Below, piece by piece: positions 40,387 to 51,065 of a stretch of 64,000 nucleotides of DNA. Made by a program: the position numbers and the translations under genes. Below the pieces are notes generated by a model, which saw nothing but the letters and a program-made list of their open reading frames with translations, did no database searches and was not told the DNA's origin. The first letter of the stretch is position 1; the number at the start of each line of letters is the position of its first letter. Source of the stretch: an uncultured delta proteobacterium. GTDB taxonomy: Bacteria > Desulfobacterota > BSN033 > UBA1163. The DNA lies in the NCBI GenBank assembly GCA_963708295.1, contig CAVPSJ010000018.1:1-64000 (forward strand), read 5' to 3'.

Positions 40387-42365
40387 ATGGCGGAAAGTGC
40401 AAAACTTCACCCCATCACCATCGACCTCAATCAGTTCAAGCTTCATATTGCCCTCAAGAATAGAATTGAATTGACCCTTCATTTCAATTCGCCTTCCCGA
40501 AAGTTTTACCTCTCCGTGATTGCCTTTGTCGTTAACGGGATGAAAAGACAGGGGAAAATGACATCCATTCCCCTGGAAGGACACCATGACCTCCTTGCTT
40601 TACTGAACGAAACAATTGGGGAGTCTGTCGGCTCATCAGACAAGGAGAATTTGCTGCCAAGGATCTACAGGAAATGGCAACATGCCCTGCCCAACCTGGA
40701 AGAGGCCCCGCTTTTCATGGTCTTGGGAAGGAAAAAGGGATATGAGGAAGGGATTGGCAAAATCTATCCCTTTACCGAGGCTGAAAAAGATAGCTGGGCA
40801 AATCTTTTTGAGTACAAAGGAAGCGAAGAGAATGTCAGGCTTAAGTTCGCCATAGATAAAATAGGAGCAAGTCTAAATGACATTGTCATCCTCTATGAGG
40901 ACTCCTTGAACGCGGATGCGTGGGAAAAGTTCATATCAAGTCTCAAACAGAGGAAGGTAGAACCTGATAAACTTGTCTCAGAAAAGCCTGAAGTTCCAGT
41001 TCTTCCGTTGGAAAGAAGAAGGATATTATCGCCAAAAAGGTATCGCTGGGCGCCCTTGATGGCCGCGATCGTCGTCGTTTTGGGAACAATCACATTGGCC
41101 ATCTGGAAAACCTATTTAAAACCTGATCCTGGCGATGTCGCTTCCAAAGACAAGATGGCATTCCCACTGCCGGATGAGCCCTCGATTGCCGTAATGCCCT
41201 TTGTAAACATGAGCGGTGACCCCAAACAGGAGTTCCTCTGTGACGGGATCGCCGAGGAAATTATCACCGCTCTCTCCAAAGTTCCACGTTTATTTGTGAT
41301 ATCCAGACAGTCAACCTTTTCTATAAGGGCAAACCTGTGAAGGTCAAGCAGGTGAGCGAGGAACTGGGAGTGCGGTATGTGTTGGAGGGGAGTGTTCAGC
41401 GCTCTGGCGACCGCGTTCGAATCGCAGCCCAATTGATCGATACCATCACAGGACATGACCTTTGGGCGGAACGGTACGATCGTCATCTGAAAGACATATT
41501 TGCCGTGCAGGATGAGATTACCATGAAGATCCTGACGGCTGTCCGAGTGAAGCTGACGGAGGGAGAACTATCCTCTGCATATTCGAAATACTACAAGGGG
41601 AAGCAAGGTTTCGATTGTTATTTGAAGCTGATAGAGGCGGCCAAATTCGCTGACCGTCGCAGTATCGAGGACAACAACGTGGCTCGCCGGCTGAACGAGG
41701 AAGCTATTTCAATGTGTCCAGAAAATCCAGTAGGTTATGCCCAACTCAGTTCGGTCTACATATGGGATATTACGCTTGGCAACACGAAGTCCCCCCGGGA
41801 GACTCTTGAGAAAGCGGGAGATCTGGCGAAAAAAGCCGTTGCCATGGATGATTCCATACCCACTGCCCACGGCTACTTGAGTGCTTTCTACGCCTTCAAT
41901 AAGGAGTATGAGAAGGCGATTGCTGAGGGGGAACGGGCTGTGGCCCTCGATCCCGGCGGATGGGATGTCAATTTTATGTATACCTCGACCCTGCTCTTTG
42001 CAGGCTGGCCGGAGGAAGCCATTCCACTGTTCCAGAAGGCAATCCGACTCAACCCCAATGCTGGGACTAATACCTTTGTATTCTTAGGCAATGCCTCCCG
42101 GAATGCGGGTCGGTTTGAAGAGGCGGTTCCGGCATATAAAAAAGGCCTTCAGCGTGCCCCTGATAATATCATTGCCCATATTGGCTTGGGGAGAACATAT
42201 AGTCTGATGGGTCGAGAGAAGGAGGCCCGTGTTGAGGCTGAAGAAGTCCTCAGGATAAATCCAAAGTTCTCACTGGATTACTTTACAAAGATATCGACTC
42301 CCTACAAGGATCAATCAGAAATAGATAAAGTTGTTAACGCCATGCGCAAGGCAGGGCTGAAGTGA
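40387..42365 (+). CDS. Membrane-anchored protein: cytoplasmic N-domain, TM helix, TolB-N-like and TPR domains (frameshift near 41330)
   Basis: PSIAVMPFVNMSGDP..DGIAEEII..LFVISRQSTF | VKQVSEELGVRYVLEGSVQR..LWAERYDR, followed by TPRs. Confidence 0.85.
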
Positions 42366-42472
42366 GATACGAAATGTTCCCAACCACGTCCTGACAAGTG
42401 CCTTGCAACTTTTGGTTTTAACACCATTGATCGAGAGCCCTCCCAAAAATAAAGACGGAGTGAAGGGGCCGT

Positions 42473-42901
42473 TCATTTTTGAGTCGGATTCGGATGTGGC
42501 TCCGGTGCAATCAATTTGAGTTTTGGAAAATAGGTTCGATAACGGGAGACATCTCGGGTGAGCAATGGTATTTGGGCAATGGCGGCATGGGCTCCGATGA
42601 AAAAATCAGGGAGTGTTGATCTCTTTCTGCCCCCTTTTTTGCGGTACGCCAAAAAGCATTTCCCCGCAAGAAAGGCCGCCTCCCAAGGGAGGGGGTCTCT
42701 TCGGAAAGAACTTGAGTCCAAAACCATCTCAACATCCTCGATGCGGTCAAAACCTACGGAAACCTCAGCGTAAACAATCGGATTAATGACCAAGGTGTGG
42801 GTCTCTGCATAAGTTGCCAGTGTTTCGGAGGACCATTGAAACCATTCTTTATCTTCAGTGACGACGTCCAATATGACATTACTATCCACGAGGATATCCA
42901 T
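42473..42901 (-). CDS. vapC: VapC-family PIN toxin
   Basis: LVDSNVILD, YAEVS, LPDFFIGAHA, LLTRD. Confidence 0.9.
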   Translation of the reverse strand: MDILVDSNVILDVVTEDKEWFQWSSETLATYAETHTLVINPIVYAEVSVGFDRIEDVEMVLDSSSFRRDPLPWEAAFLAGKCFLAYRKKGGRKRSTLPDFFIGAHAAIAQIPLLTRDVSRYRTYFPKLKLIAPEPHPNPTQK

Positions 42902-42904
42902 GGC

Positions 42905-43129
42905 CTAACCCCGAGTTAGGGATAATATCTGATCTGTCGTCATCTTCACCGTCGCTTTCCGGCGCATGCGGTTGAGGAGATCGCGGCTCCGTTTCGACAG
43001 AGATTCGACTCTCTTCAGGGACACCGTATTGCCTACGATCTTGAACTCCACTTCCGTATCGGGAAGAAGCCCCATCTTCTCCCGAATTTCAATGGGGATG
43101 GTAACCTGACCTTTCGATGTGATACGCAT
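42905..43129 (-). CDS. AbrB/MazE/SpoVT-family antitoxin
   Basis: MRITSKGQVTIPIEIREKMGL; three CTTACT repeats upstream. Confidence 0.9.
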   Translation of the reverse strand: MRITSKGQVTIPIEIREKMGLLPDTEVEFKIVGNTVSLKRVESLSKRSRDLLNRMRRKATVKMTTDQILSLTRG

Positions 43130-43381
43130 GGCTTATCTCCTTTCTTATCCTTACTTGTATTATTCTTACTTACCTTACTGAAAAAGTCAACCCATAACAT
43201 GAACTGGTTTTGAAATTGGTGAAATTTGGAGCAGCCCTTGACCAATGACAAAATAGATGAGTGAACCAACTGAAATCAGGCCGACACGATAGACTTGAGG
43301 ACACGAGTGCGTGTACCGCAACGTGCAAATAAGAAGGCGTCCTTCTGAGCGCCTTTCTTATTTGATCGATGCAAGATCCGA

Positions 43382-43837
43382 TTATTCTACCTTGATTTTG
43401 ATTTCTTTCCTCTTAGTTTCCTCAGACTTCGGAACCGTGACCGTCAAGACCCCATTCTTATACGAGGCGCTGATTTTATCGCTCTCGACCTCCCGGGGAA
43501 GTAGAATCGATCGGGTAAAAGTTCCGTACTTTCGCTCAACAAGGTGATAATCCTCTTGGCCCTCTACTTTTTCCTGCTTTTTCTCGCCCCTGATCGTAAG
43601 AGTCCCTTGTTTCAGGGAGATATCGAACTCTTTGGGGTCCATACCCGGAGCTTCCACGTTCACCACGACTTCATTGTTCGTTTCCGCCACATCCACGGCT
43701 GGAAGCCACTCTGCCTCTTCCCAAGAATCTCCTTTTTGAGGTACTCCAAACAGGAAGGCGTCTAAGAGCCTGTCCATTTCACTCCTTACCTTCTCTATCT
43801 CTTCAAACGGGTGGGTGTTCGTTAATTCCCATGCCAT
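43382..43837 (-). CDS. Hsp20 small heat-shock protein
   Basis: PAVDVAET, ERKYGTFTRSI, ASYKNGVL. Confidence 0.95.
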   Translation of the reverse strand: MAWELTNTHPFEEIEKVRSEMDRLLDAFLFGVPQKGDSWEEAEWLPAVDVAETNNEVVVNVEAPGMDPKEFDISLKQGTLTIRGEKKQEKVEGQEDYHLVERKYGTFTRSILLPREVESDKISASYKNGVLTVTVPKSEETKRKEIKIKVE

Positions 43838-43950
43838 TGTTCTTCACCTCTTTTTCTTTTTCAAATTCCCTGATGGAAATGTAGTTCCGGTCTTTGACAT
43901 TGTCAAGCTTCATCGAACCCTCAACTGCCACGAAGTTCAAGACAAAAAAT

Positions 43951-43982
43951 AAAAGAGGCGCCATTGGGTAGCGCCTCTTTTT
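43951..43982. terminator. Intrinsic terminator between the hsp20 genes
   Basis: AAAAGAGGCGC-loop-GCGCCTCTTTT. Confidence 0.75.
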
Positions 43983-44007
43983 GATCGGAGAAAGTTGAAT
44001 CGAAAGT

Positions 44008-44487
44008 CTACTCCACTTTAATCCTAATTTCTTTTTTCTTGGCTTCCTCAGACTTTGGCAGGGTAATTCTCAAAATCCCGTCCTTGTAAGAGGCGTTGAT
44101 CTTATCGCCCTGTACTTCTTTTGGAAGTTGAATCGAGCGGATAAAAGCTCCATAACTTCTCTCGATGAGGTGATAATCAGCCTCTTTTTCTTCTTTCTCC
44201 TGTTTCTTTTGACCTTTGATGGTAAGCACCCCGTTGGAAAGGGAGACATCGATGTCCTTGGAGTCCATACCGGGAACTTCGGCTTTTACCACCAGTTCAT
44301 TTTTTGTCTCCGAAACGTCGAGGGAAGGAAGCCATTCTCCTCTTTCTTCGCCCCTCCTTCTCGGTGCGCCCTCTGAAAAGGAATCCCAGAGACGATCCAT
44401 GTCCCTCCTCATCCTCTCAAATTCCCCAAAAGGGGCCAGTTCCGTAAACGGTTTCCAAAGGGTTATTTCCTTTGCCATATTCATCAC
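44008..44487 (-). CDS. Hsp20 small heat-shock protein (tandem paralog)
   Basis: PSLDVSET, ERSYGAFIRSI, ASYKDGIL. Confidence 0.95.
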   Translation of the reverse strand: MMNMAKEITLWKPFTELAPFGEFERMRRDMDRLWDSFSEGAPRRRGEERGEWLPSLDVSETKNELVVKAEVPGMDSKDIDVSLSNGVLTIKGQKKQEKEEKEADYHLIERSYGAFIRSIQLPKEVQGDKINASYKDGILRITLPKSEEAKKKEIRIKVE

Positions 44488-44639
44488 TCCTTTCGTCCAA
44501 TTTCTACCAGAAAAATAATTACAGCCCCTTCATTTGTCAAGTGTCCCCTCTTCCCAAAACTTACTCAGAAAATACCGTGACGCTCCCTATCCCTCGGAGG
44601 CGGGGTACTGATTCATGGGAGACGAATTTCGCTGTACGA

Positions 44640-44837
44640 CGGAACAGGCGGTCAGGTAACGAAGCTTTAGAGCGGAAACCTTTTCACGGTCAGCTACAAG
44701 GTTACAAACCCCAGAAAAAGACTTCACTTGAAACGAGATTGATTCTCCATAACCTAAATGACCGCGTTCTAAAGCTGAGGAGCCTGAGCGCCTGTTCCGC
44801 CAAATCTCCCCTTCATTACGGCTGCAACCCGGTCTCC
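44640..44837. repeat. Structured dispersed repeat, copy B
   Basis: CGGAACAGGCG/CGCCTGTTCCG arms; GAAGCTTTAG(A/G)GCGGAAACCTTTT shared with copy A. Confidence 0.75.
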
Positions 44838-44946
44838 TTCGGGAGAAGGCAGAGGCTCGGATAACGTCATTGTCATAAAAAAATTTCCTTGAAACCAGGA
44901 TTTTTTTTGCTATGATGAAATTATAACCGTTTAAAAGGAGGCAGAT

Positions 44947-45525
44947 ATGGCGTATACGGCAAAAGATTACAATAATCTGATCGGGATGGAGGGATTTAGC
45001 GAAACCTTACTGAAAAACCATTTTACTCTCTATCAGGGATATGTCACGAATACCAACAAAGGTTTCGATACCCTTTCTGAGATGGCAAAGGCAGGCAAGA
45101 TCGGGACGCCCGAGTATGCCGAACTGAAGCGCCGTTTGGGCTGGGAGTTCAATGGCATGAGGCTTCATGAGTTCTACTTTGAGAATTTAGGCGGCAAAGG
45201 GACATTGAATAAATCCGGTAAACTGTGGAAGAAGCTGGCTGAAGAATTCGGAAGCTACGAAAATTGGGAGGCCGATTTCAAGGGCGTCGGGGCCATGCGG
45301 GGGATCGGATGGGCCATCCTGTATCAGGACCCGGTGAGCGGGAAATTGATCAACCAGTGGATCAATGAGCATGACGTCGGGCACCCGGCGGGCTGCAATC
45401 CCCTCCTGATCCTGGATGTTTTTGAGCATGCTTTCATGATTGACTATGGGTTGAAAAGGGTGGACTATATTGCTGCCTTCTTTAGAAACATCAAATGGGA
45501 GGCCGTGGAAGGCCGGATGAAATAA
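44947..45525 (+). CDS. Fe/Mn superoxide dismutase family protein (ChrC-like)
   Basis: NHFTLYQGYV, LHEFYFENL, LDVFEHAF. Confidence 0.9.
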   Translation: MAYTAKDYNNLIGMEGFSETLLKNHFTLYQGYVTNTNKGFDTLSEMAKAGKIGTPEYAELKRRLGWEFNGMRLHEFYFENLGGKGTLNKSGKLWKKLAEEFGSYENWEADFKGVGAMRGIGWAILYQDPVSGKLINQWINEHDVGHPAGCNPLLILDVFEHAFMIDYGLKRVDYIAAFFRNIKWEAVEGRMK

Positions 45526-45552
45526 GAGTGTCTCCCCAAAGGGTCCTGGAAC

Positions 45553-45584
45553 AATAAGGGCGGCCCAAATGGCCGCCCTTATTT
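45553..45584 (+). terminator. Intrinsic terminator after the SOD gene
   Basis: AATAAGGGCGGCC-loop-GGCCGCCCTTATTT. Confidence 0.8.
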
Positions 45585-46057
45585 GTTTATGGAATTCTTA
45601 TTCTCGTAATGACATTTCTAGCAGGTGAAAGCTACTTCTTTTCACTTCAGGCCGGCACTGCGAAGCGCTTCATTTTCGCGCTCCACTATTGCCAGGTTTC
45701 TATGAGTTCTTTGAGCTTAATGGGTCCTCTATTTCCACATTTTGTCTGAGGACTCCTTCCATATCTAAGCATTCTGTCAAAGTATGCTCAATTTTAGTTA
45801 GCAATTGAAAGACTGTGCCTTTTATTCATTTTGATGGGTGATAATAAAGAGTGGTTATTATCCTCTGATTGAAGGTTTTAATATCCCTTTCAAATCGGAA
45901 CCTTTTGAAAGGTGAGGATTCTGGCAAGATATGGCGCACCTTCGTCCTTCGGGTTTGTTTTATAAATCCCTTCTCTTAAATCGTGCCCGACACGTTTCAA
46001 CCATGACGCACATCCTGGTCTTTCAAAGTTTCCCTCATGTCTCTTAGCCTTTTTCAC

Positions 46058-46287
46058 TTGACGGTGATAAAGTGCTGTGCTATACATCAAAAATCCTCTC
46101 TGAAGGGATGGATAACCGTTTATTGGATGAAGACCCCTCGATAACAAAGGGGTAGCGAAAACCGCAGCCATGAAGGCCTTGCCAAGAAGGCGACTTTCAT
46201 GGCTTTTTTTAAAAAAATTCTATTAATCAAGCCACGAAGGTATTTAGCTTCCATGAAGGAAGCTTGACATCTCCGTGGCTTTTTTTT
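46058..46287 (+). promoter_or_regulatory. Promoter and 5' leader with two tandem terminator/attenuator hairpins
   Basis: TTGACG-17-TATACA; hairpins at 46166-46204 and 46229-46281, each followed by a T-tract, upstream of ATG 46301. Confidence 0.75.
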
Positions 46288-46300
46288 GGGGGAGGCTAAA

Positions 46301-47397
46301 ATGAGAAGGTTTTCTATGATGCTGATGATTCTCACTTTCTTCTGGCTCCCCCTGCTTTCCCATTCCGGCGAAAGAGTATTGATAGATGCGGCTCGGCGAG
46401 AGGTCAAGGTGCCGGATCGCGATTGAACGTGTCATCTGTTCTGGAGCGGGTTGTTTGCGCCTTCTGACCTATCTTCAGGCTCAAAACTTGATTGTTGCTG
46501 TTGACGATATCGAAAAACGCCGTCAGCCCTTCGATGCCAGACCTTACGCCCTTGCCAATCCTCAGTTTAAAGACTATCCCATCTTTGGGGAATTTCGGGG
46601 TTATGATAATCCTGAATTGATCATGGCCCTTAATCCCCAGCCGCAGGTGATCTTCAAAACGTTCAGCACAATGGGCCACGACCCCGAAAAACTCCAGAAG
46701 AAAACCTCCCTTCCGGTTGTGGTGCTGGAATATGGTGATCTATCGAACTCACCGCTCCTCCTTCTATCAATCCCTCCGCCTCATGGGAAAGGTCGTGGAC
46801 AAGGAAAAAAGAGCGGAGGAAATCATTTCCTTTTTCGAAACCAACATTAAAGGTTTGAATGATCGAACAAAGAACATTCAGGAACGGAAGACGTGTTATG
46901 TAGGGGGGATCGCTTTCAAAGGCCCCCATGGATTTCAATCGACAGAACCTGATTATCCGCCATTTCTTTTCATTCATGTAAGGAACATGGCCTATGATCC
47001 TTTGCTCAAGGGCAAAGGACAGAGCGACATCGCCAAAGAAAAAATCATCGAGTGGGACCCGGAAATCCTCTTCCTCGACCTATCCACACTCCAGATGGGT
47101 GATAAAGCCGGGGGCTTGTTTGAGTTAAGAACAGATCCTGCCTACCAGGCCCTGACGGCCGTTAAGCAAGGCCGAGTGTATGGGGTCCTCCCGTATAACT
47201 GGTATGCGCAGAATTTCGGTTCCATTCTTGCCAATGCCTATTTGATCGGTAAGCTGCTCTACCCGCATCACTTCCAGGACATCGACCCCGAGGCCAAGGC
47301 AGATGAAATTTACACTTTCCTCGTTGGTAAGCCTGTTTTCAGAGAAATGGACAGGACGTTCCAGGGATTAGCTTTTAAGAAAATTCCGGTTAACTAA
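46301..47397 (+). CDS. Iron-siderophore/cobalamin-class ABC substrate-binding protein (two frameshifts)
   Basis: Signal peptide, IDAARREVKVP, RVICSGAGCLR, NPELIMALNP, EKIIEWDPE, PYNWY. Confidence 0.85.
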
Positions 47398-47406
47398 GGA
47401 GCGCTC

Positions 47407-48477
47407 ATGCATTTTGGTGAGGGTCAGGTTTCATTAGAATACACCCGATACATAAAAAGAAAATCGGTATTTATCCTTGGAAGCATTTCTTTTCTGGTAT
47501 TTCTTCTTCTCCTCAGTGTCTCTCTGGGAGCCGTGAATATCCCGCTGTCTGATGTGGTTCTGACCCTTTTAGGCAAGACCATTTCAAAACGGTTTGAAAT
47601 CATCATCTGGAATATTCGACTTCCTCAAGCTATTACGGCTATCGTGGCCGGGGCAGGGCTGGCCGTTGCGGGTGCAGTCATGCAGGCGATCCTGCGGAAT
47701 CCACTGGGCTCGCCTTTCACCTTGGGCATTTCCCATGCAGCGGGTTTCGGCGCAGCCTTTTCTGTCATGATGTTGGGCTCGGGCGTGATGTCGAGCACGG
47801 GTATCGGGGCGGTGACCATTTCCAACATCTATGTCACGACGATCATGGCTTTCCTTTTCTCTCTGATCGCCGCCGGTGTCATCGTTGGTGTATCCAAGAT
47901 TCGGGGCGCTTCCCCTGAGACCATGGTGTTGACCGGCATCGCCCTGGCCTCGCTCTTTACAGCAGGAACCATGTTGCTCCAATTCTTCGCCAATGACGTT
48001 CAGCTGGCAGCCATGGTCTTCTGGACATTTGGCGACGTGGCCCGGGCAAACTGGACCGAATTGGGAGTGATGGCTGTCATCACGAGTGCGTCTGTGGTCT
48101 ACTTCATTGCGCACTCTTGGAATTACAACGCCATTGAGGCGGGCGATGAAACTGCCAAAGGGCTGGGGGTTAGGGTGGATCGAGTTCGGCTCATCGGAAT
48201 GCTCGTTTCTTCCTTCATGACTGCTGTCATCGTTGCTTTTCTGGGCATCATCGGTTTTGTGGGCCTGGTATGTCCCCATATGGTCCGCCGGTTGATCGGC
48301 GGCGATCACCGGTTCTTGATGCCGGCAACTCTCTTTACGGGCAGTATCGTTCTCCTTGGATCAGATACTGTCGCACGTCTGATCCTCGCTCCCCACCTGC
48401 TGCCAGTCTCCGTGCTCACGGCTCTTATCGGTGCACCCGTTTTCATTTATCTTATCCTCAGGGGGTATAGACGGTGA
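47407..48477 (+). CDS. FecCD/BtuC-family ABC permease
   Basis: IRLPQ, QAILRNPLGSPFTLG, GIIGFVGLVCPH. Confidence 0.93.
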   Translation: MHFGEGQVSLEYTRYIKRKSVFILGSISFLVFLLLLSVSLGAVNIPLSDVVLTLLGKTISKRFEIIIWNIRLPQAITAIVAGAGLAVAGAVMQAILRNPLGSPFTLGISHAAGFGAAFSVMMLGSGVMSSTGIGAVTISNIYVTTIMAFLFSLIAAGVIVGVSKIRGASPETMVLTGIALASLFTAGTMLLQFFANDVQLAAMVFWTFGDVARANWTELGVMAVITSASVVYFIAHSWNYNAIEAGDETAKGLGVRVDRVRLIGMLVSSFMTAVIVAFLGIIGFVGLVCPHMVRRLIGGDHRFLMPATLFTGSIVLLGSDTVARLILAPHLLPVSVLTALIGAPVFIYLILRGYRR

Positions 48478-49235
48478 TTCTTGAAGTAAACGGGTTATCC
48501 TTTGCCTATAACAGCCTTGAGGTCCTTAGGGATATCCGTTTCAAGGTCGCAAGAGGAGAAATCTTAGCGATCCTCGGCCCGAATGGCGCGGGCAAGACGA
48601 CGCTTCTTAAGTGTATCAATGCCATTCTGTGTCCTGGCTCAGGTTCCGTACTCATCGACAGGGAGAGCGTTTTTTCTCTCGGCTCTTCGGAAATTGCCCG
48701 CCGGATCGGCTACGTGGCCCAGCGCGCCGAGAGCAGCAGAGTGATCGCCTTCGATGCTATTCTGATGGGGCGGCGGCCGCATATCCGCTGGAATGTTTCA
48801 GACGTAGACCTCGCTATTGTGGATGGAGCGATCAAGCTTCTCGACCTCGGCCACCTTGCCATGCGATACATTGACCAGATGAGCGGAGGAGAACTCCAAA
48901 AAGTCGCCATTGCCCGGGCTTTAGTTCAGGAACCCAAACTCCTCCTTCTCGATGAGCCGACGAGCAATTTAGACTTAAGGAACCAGGTTGAAATCCTTAA
49001 GATCGTACGCCGTGTCGCACGTGAGCATAACGTGGCTGCGGTCATGACCATGCATGACCTCAATAAGGCGCTCCGATATGCTGATACCTACCTCTTCCTG
49101 AAGGACGGTATCATCTTCAATGCCGGGAAGGTGGGCGAAGTAAAAGCGGAAACGGTTCAAGCCGTCTATGGGTTACCTGTCGAAATTCATTACCATAGGG
49201 GCAACCCCATGGTACTTCCTACGGAAGAGGATTAA
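48474..49235 (+). CDS. ABC ATPase (FecE/BtuD-like)
   Basis: GPNGAGKT, MSGGE, LLLLDEPT, MHDLN. Confidence 0.95.
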   Translation: MILEVNGLSFAYNSLEVLRDIRFKVARGEILAILGPNGAGKTTLLKCINAILCPGSGSVLIDRESVFSLGSSEIARRIGYVAQRAESSRVIAFDAILMGRRPHIRWNVSDVDLAIVDGAIKLLDLGHLAMRYIDQMSGGELQKVAIARALVQEPKLLLLDEPTSNLDLRNQVEILKIVRRVAREHNVAAVMTMHDLNKALRYADTYLFLKDGIIFNAGKVGEVKAETVQAVYGLPVEIHYHRGNPMVLPTEED

Positions 49236-49252
49236 GAAAGGAGGATTGAATC

Positions 49253-49865
49253 ATGCCTTGTTCCATCAGCAAAGAGTTAATCGATAAAACGATTGCCTTT
49301 CACGGGCATTCATGTCCGGGTCTGGCTATCGGCATACGGGCGGCCGAACTGGCATTGAAAGAGATCGGCAAGGCTCCCGACGAAGAGACCGTGGCAGTCG
49401 TTGAGACGGACATGTGTGGAGTTGACGCTATCCAATACCTGACCGGCTGCACCTATGGCAAAGGCAACCTCATCCATAAGGACTATGGCAAGAATGCCTT
49501 CACCTTTTACCGCCGCCGGGATAACAAGGCTCATTCGTTTCGTTACGCGCCGGGATGTTTTTGGAGACGCCGGAGCGGCCCTCAGGGAGCTGAACCGGAA
49601 AGTCCAGGAAGAAGGGTTAACCGAGGACGAAGAGAAGACCTGGAGCGAGATTCGGGAGAGAATCTCAAAGCGCGTTATGGAATCAGATCTTTCTGAAATT
49701 TTCGAAATCAAAGAACCCGCCGCCCCTGTGCCCAAGAAGGCGAGGATGGTAGCCAGCCTGGTCTGTGAATCCTGCGGGGAACCGGTCATGGAGACCAGGA
49801 CCCGTCGTTTCCGTGATAAGGTTCTTTGTATCCCTTGTTTTGACACGTTCGAGAAAAGGGATTAA
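49253..49865 (+). CDS. FmdE-family protein with C4 zinc finger (frameshift near 49530)
   Basis: [21 protein letters not shown]; second frame ends CESC..CIPC. Confidence 0.88.
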
Positions 49866-50011
49866 GAGAACCCTACCCGTTCAAAAGGATGCCGGCATTC
49901 GGAATCTCGGCATGAAGCCGCTTCGCCCCGGTTGACGGGCTCGAAATGGACTCCATGGAAGAATCCTTTCCGAAGAAAGGAGGTGTATAAAAAAAGAAGA
50001 GGAGGTCTACT

Positions 50012-51040
50012 ATGAAAAGACAGAAATATTTTGCTTGTGTAGTTTGTTTCATTCTGGCTCTTAGTGTTTGCTCGGCTTTGGCCGCTGACCGCAGACCGAT
50101 TTACTCTTCGGAGATGAACATGGCTCGGGAAGCTATGGGGAAGGCGCTCTCTGAAATCGGGCTGCAAAAAGGCGACGAGAACTTATTGGTCCTCACCAAT
50201 GCAGGGTATGGACAGATCGGGTCGCAGACCAGCGAAGCTTTTCTTGACATTGCCAGGGAGACGACCGGGTGCTCCATTGGTACGCGCTCATTGCTTACGG
50301 TTCACAAATCGATCAACGACCCCCTCTGGTGTTCGATTTTCCGGAAGGACACAAGGAAGTTGATCTTTTTGAAATGGACCGGCCAGGGCTTCGCCCAGCA
50401 GGTGGTAGACGCCTCACCTGAAAGAATCTTAACTCCGGAGGGCTGGAAAACAGCCGCAGCCGGTCTCATCGGTCAAAATATCTTTTCCGTCGTCAGTATC
50501 AGTTTGACCTGGGAGGCCGGACCACCCTGGCCGCTGCTCCAGGCAGCCACCTTTCATGATCATTTCTGCCCGGGTGTAAATGCCGGCTATGTTGTCGGGG
50601 AATATTGCCGGGACAAAATGGCCTTGGGACCTGGCGATCAGTATCTCTTTGTTACAGCCCCGGCCATCTGCCCAGCGGACGCCCTGCAGGTCATGTTCAA
50701 CACCACCGCCGGGAAATCTTCCGGCTACGCCATGTATATAGCTCCGGCACTTTCAGCTAAGTACGAAAAGGACAAGGTCCAGCCGATGACCATTGCCATG
50801 CGGGTGAATAGAAAGGCCGACGTCTGCGAAGGGATCGTTATTCGGCTTCGACTGGAATAAAGTCTATCGAGACACCGGCGTGAGAGCCGAGGAAATAGCG
50901 CCGCTCCCGGTGGGTCAAACGATCCAATGTTCTGGATTGCGCGAGTGAAGGCCTCCCGGGGACTGGCCCGGTTGCCCAGAGAACAGTTGCTTGGCTATAT
51001 CGTTGAATTGAAGAGATTCTCTGGCAAGGCGCGCAAATAG
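50012..51040 (+). CDS. Exported FmdE-related protein (frameshifts near 3' end)
   Basis: Signal peptide ending ALA; LTNAGY, TTGCSIG, FHDHFCPGVNAG, CPADALQV. Confidence 0.75.
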
Positions 51041-51065
51041 GGACTTTTTATATAGATTAATGAAC

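Noticed and set aside
43860-44560. CIRCE or HAIR heat-shock operators at the hsp20 genes
   Set aside because: Neither consensus is present; only TTGACATTGTCAA at one promoter.
46140-46165. yybP-ykoY (Mn) or cobalamin riboswitch before the ABC operon
   Set aside because: AAAGGGGTAGC only partly resembles the yybP 5' motif and the rest is absent; no B12 box seen.
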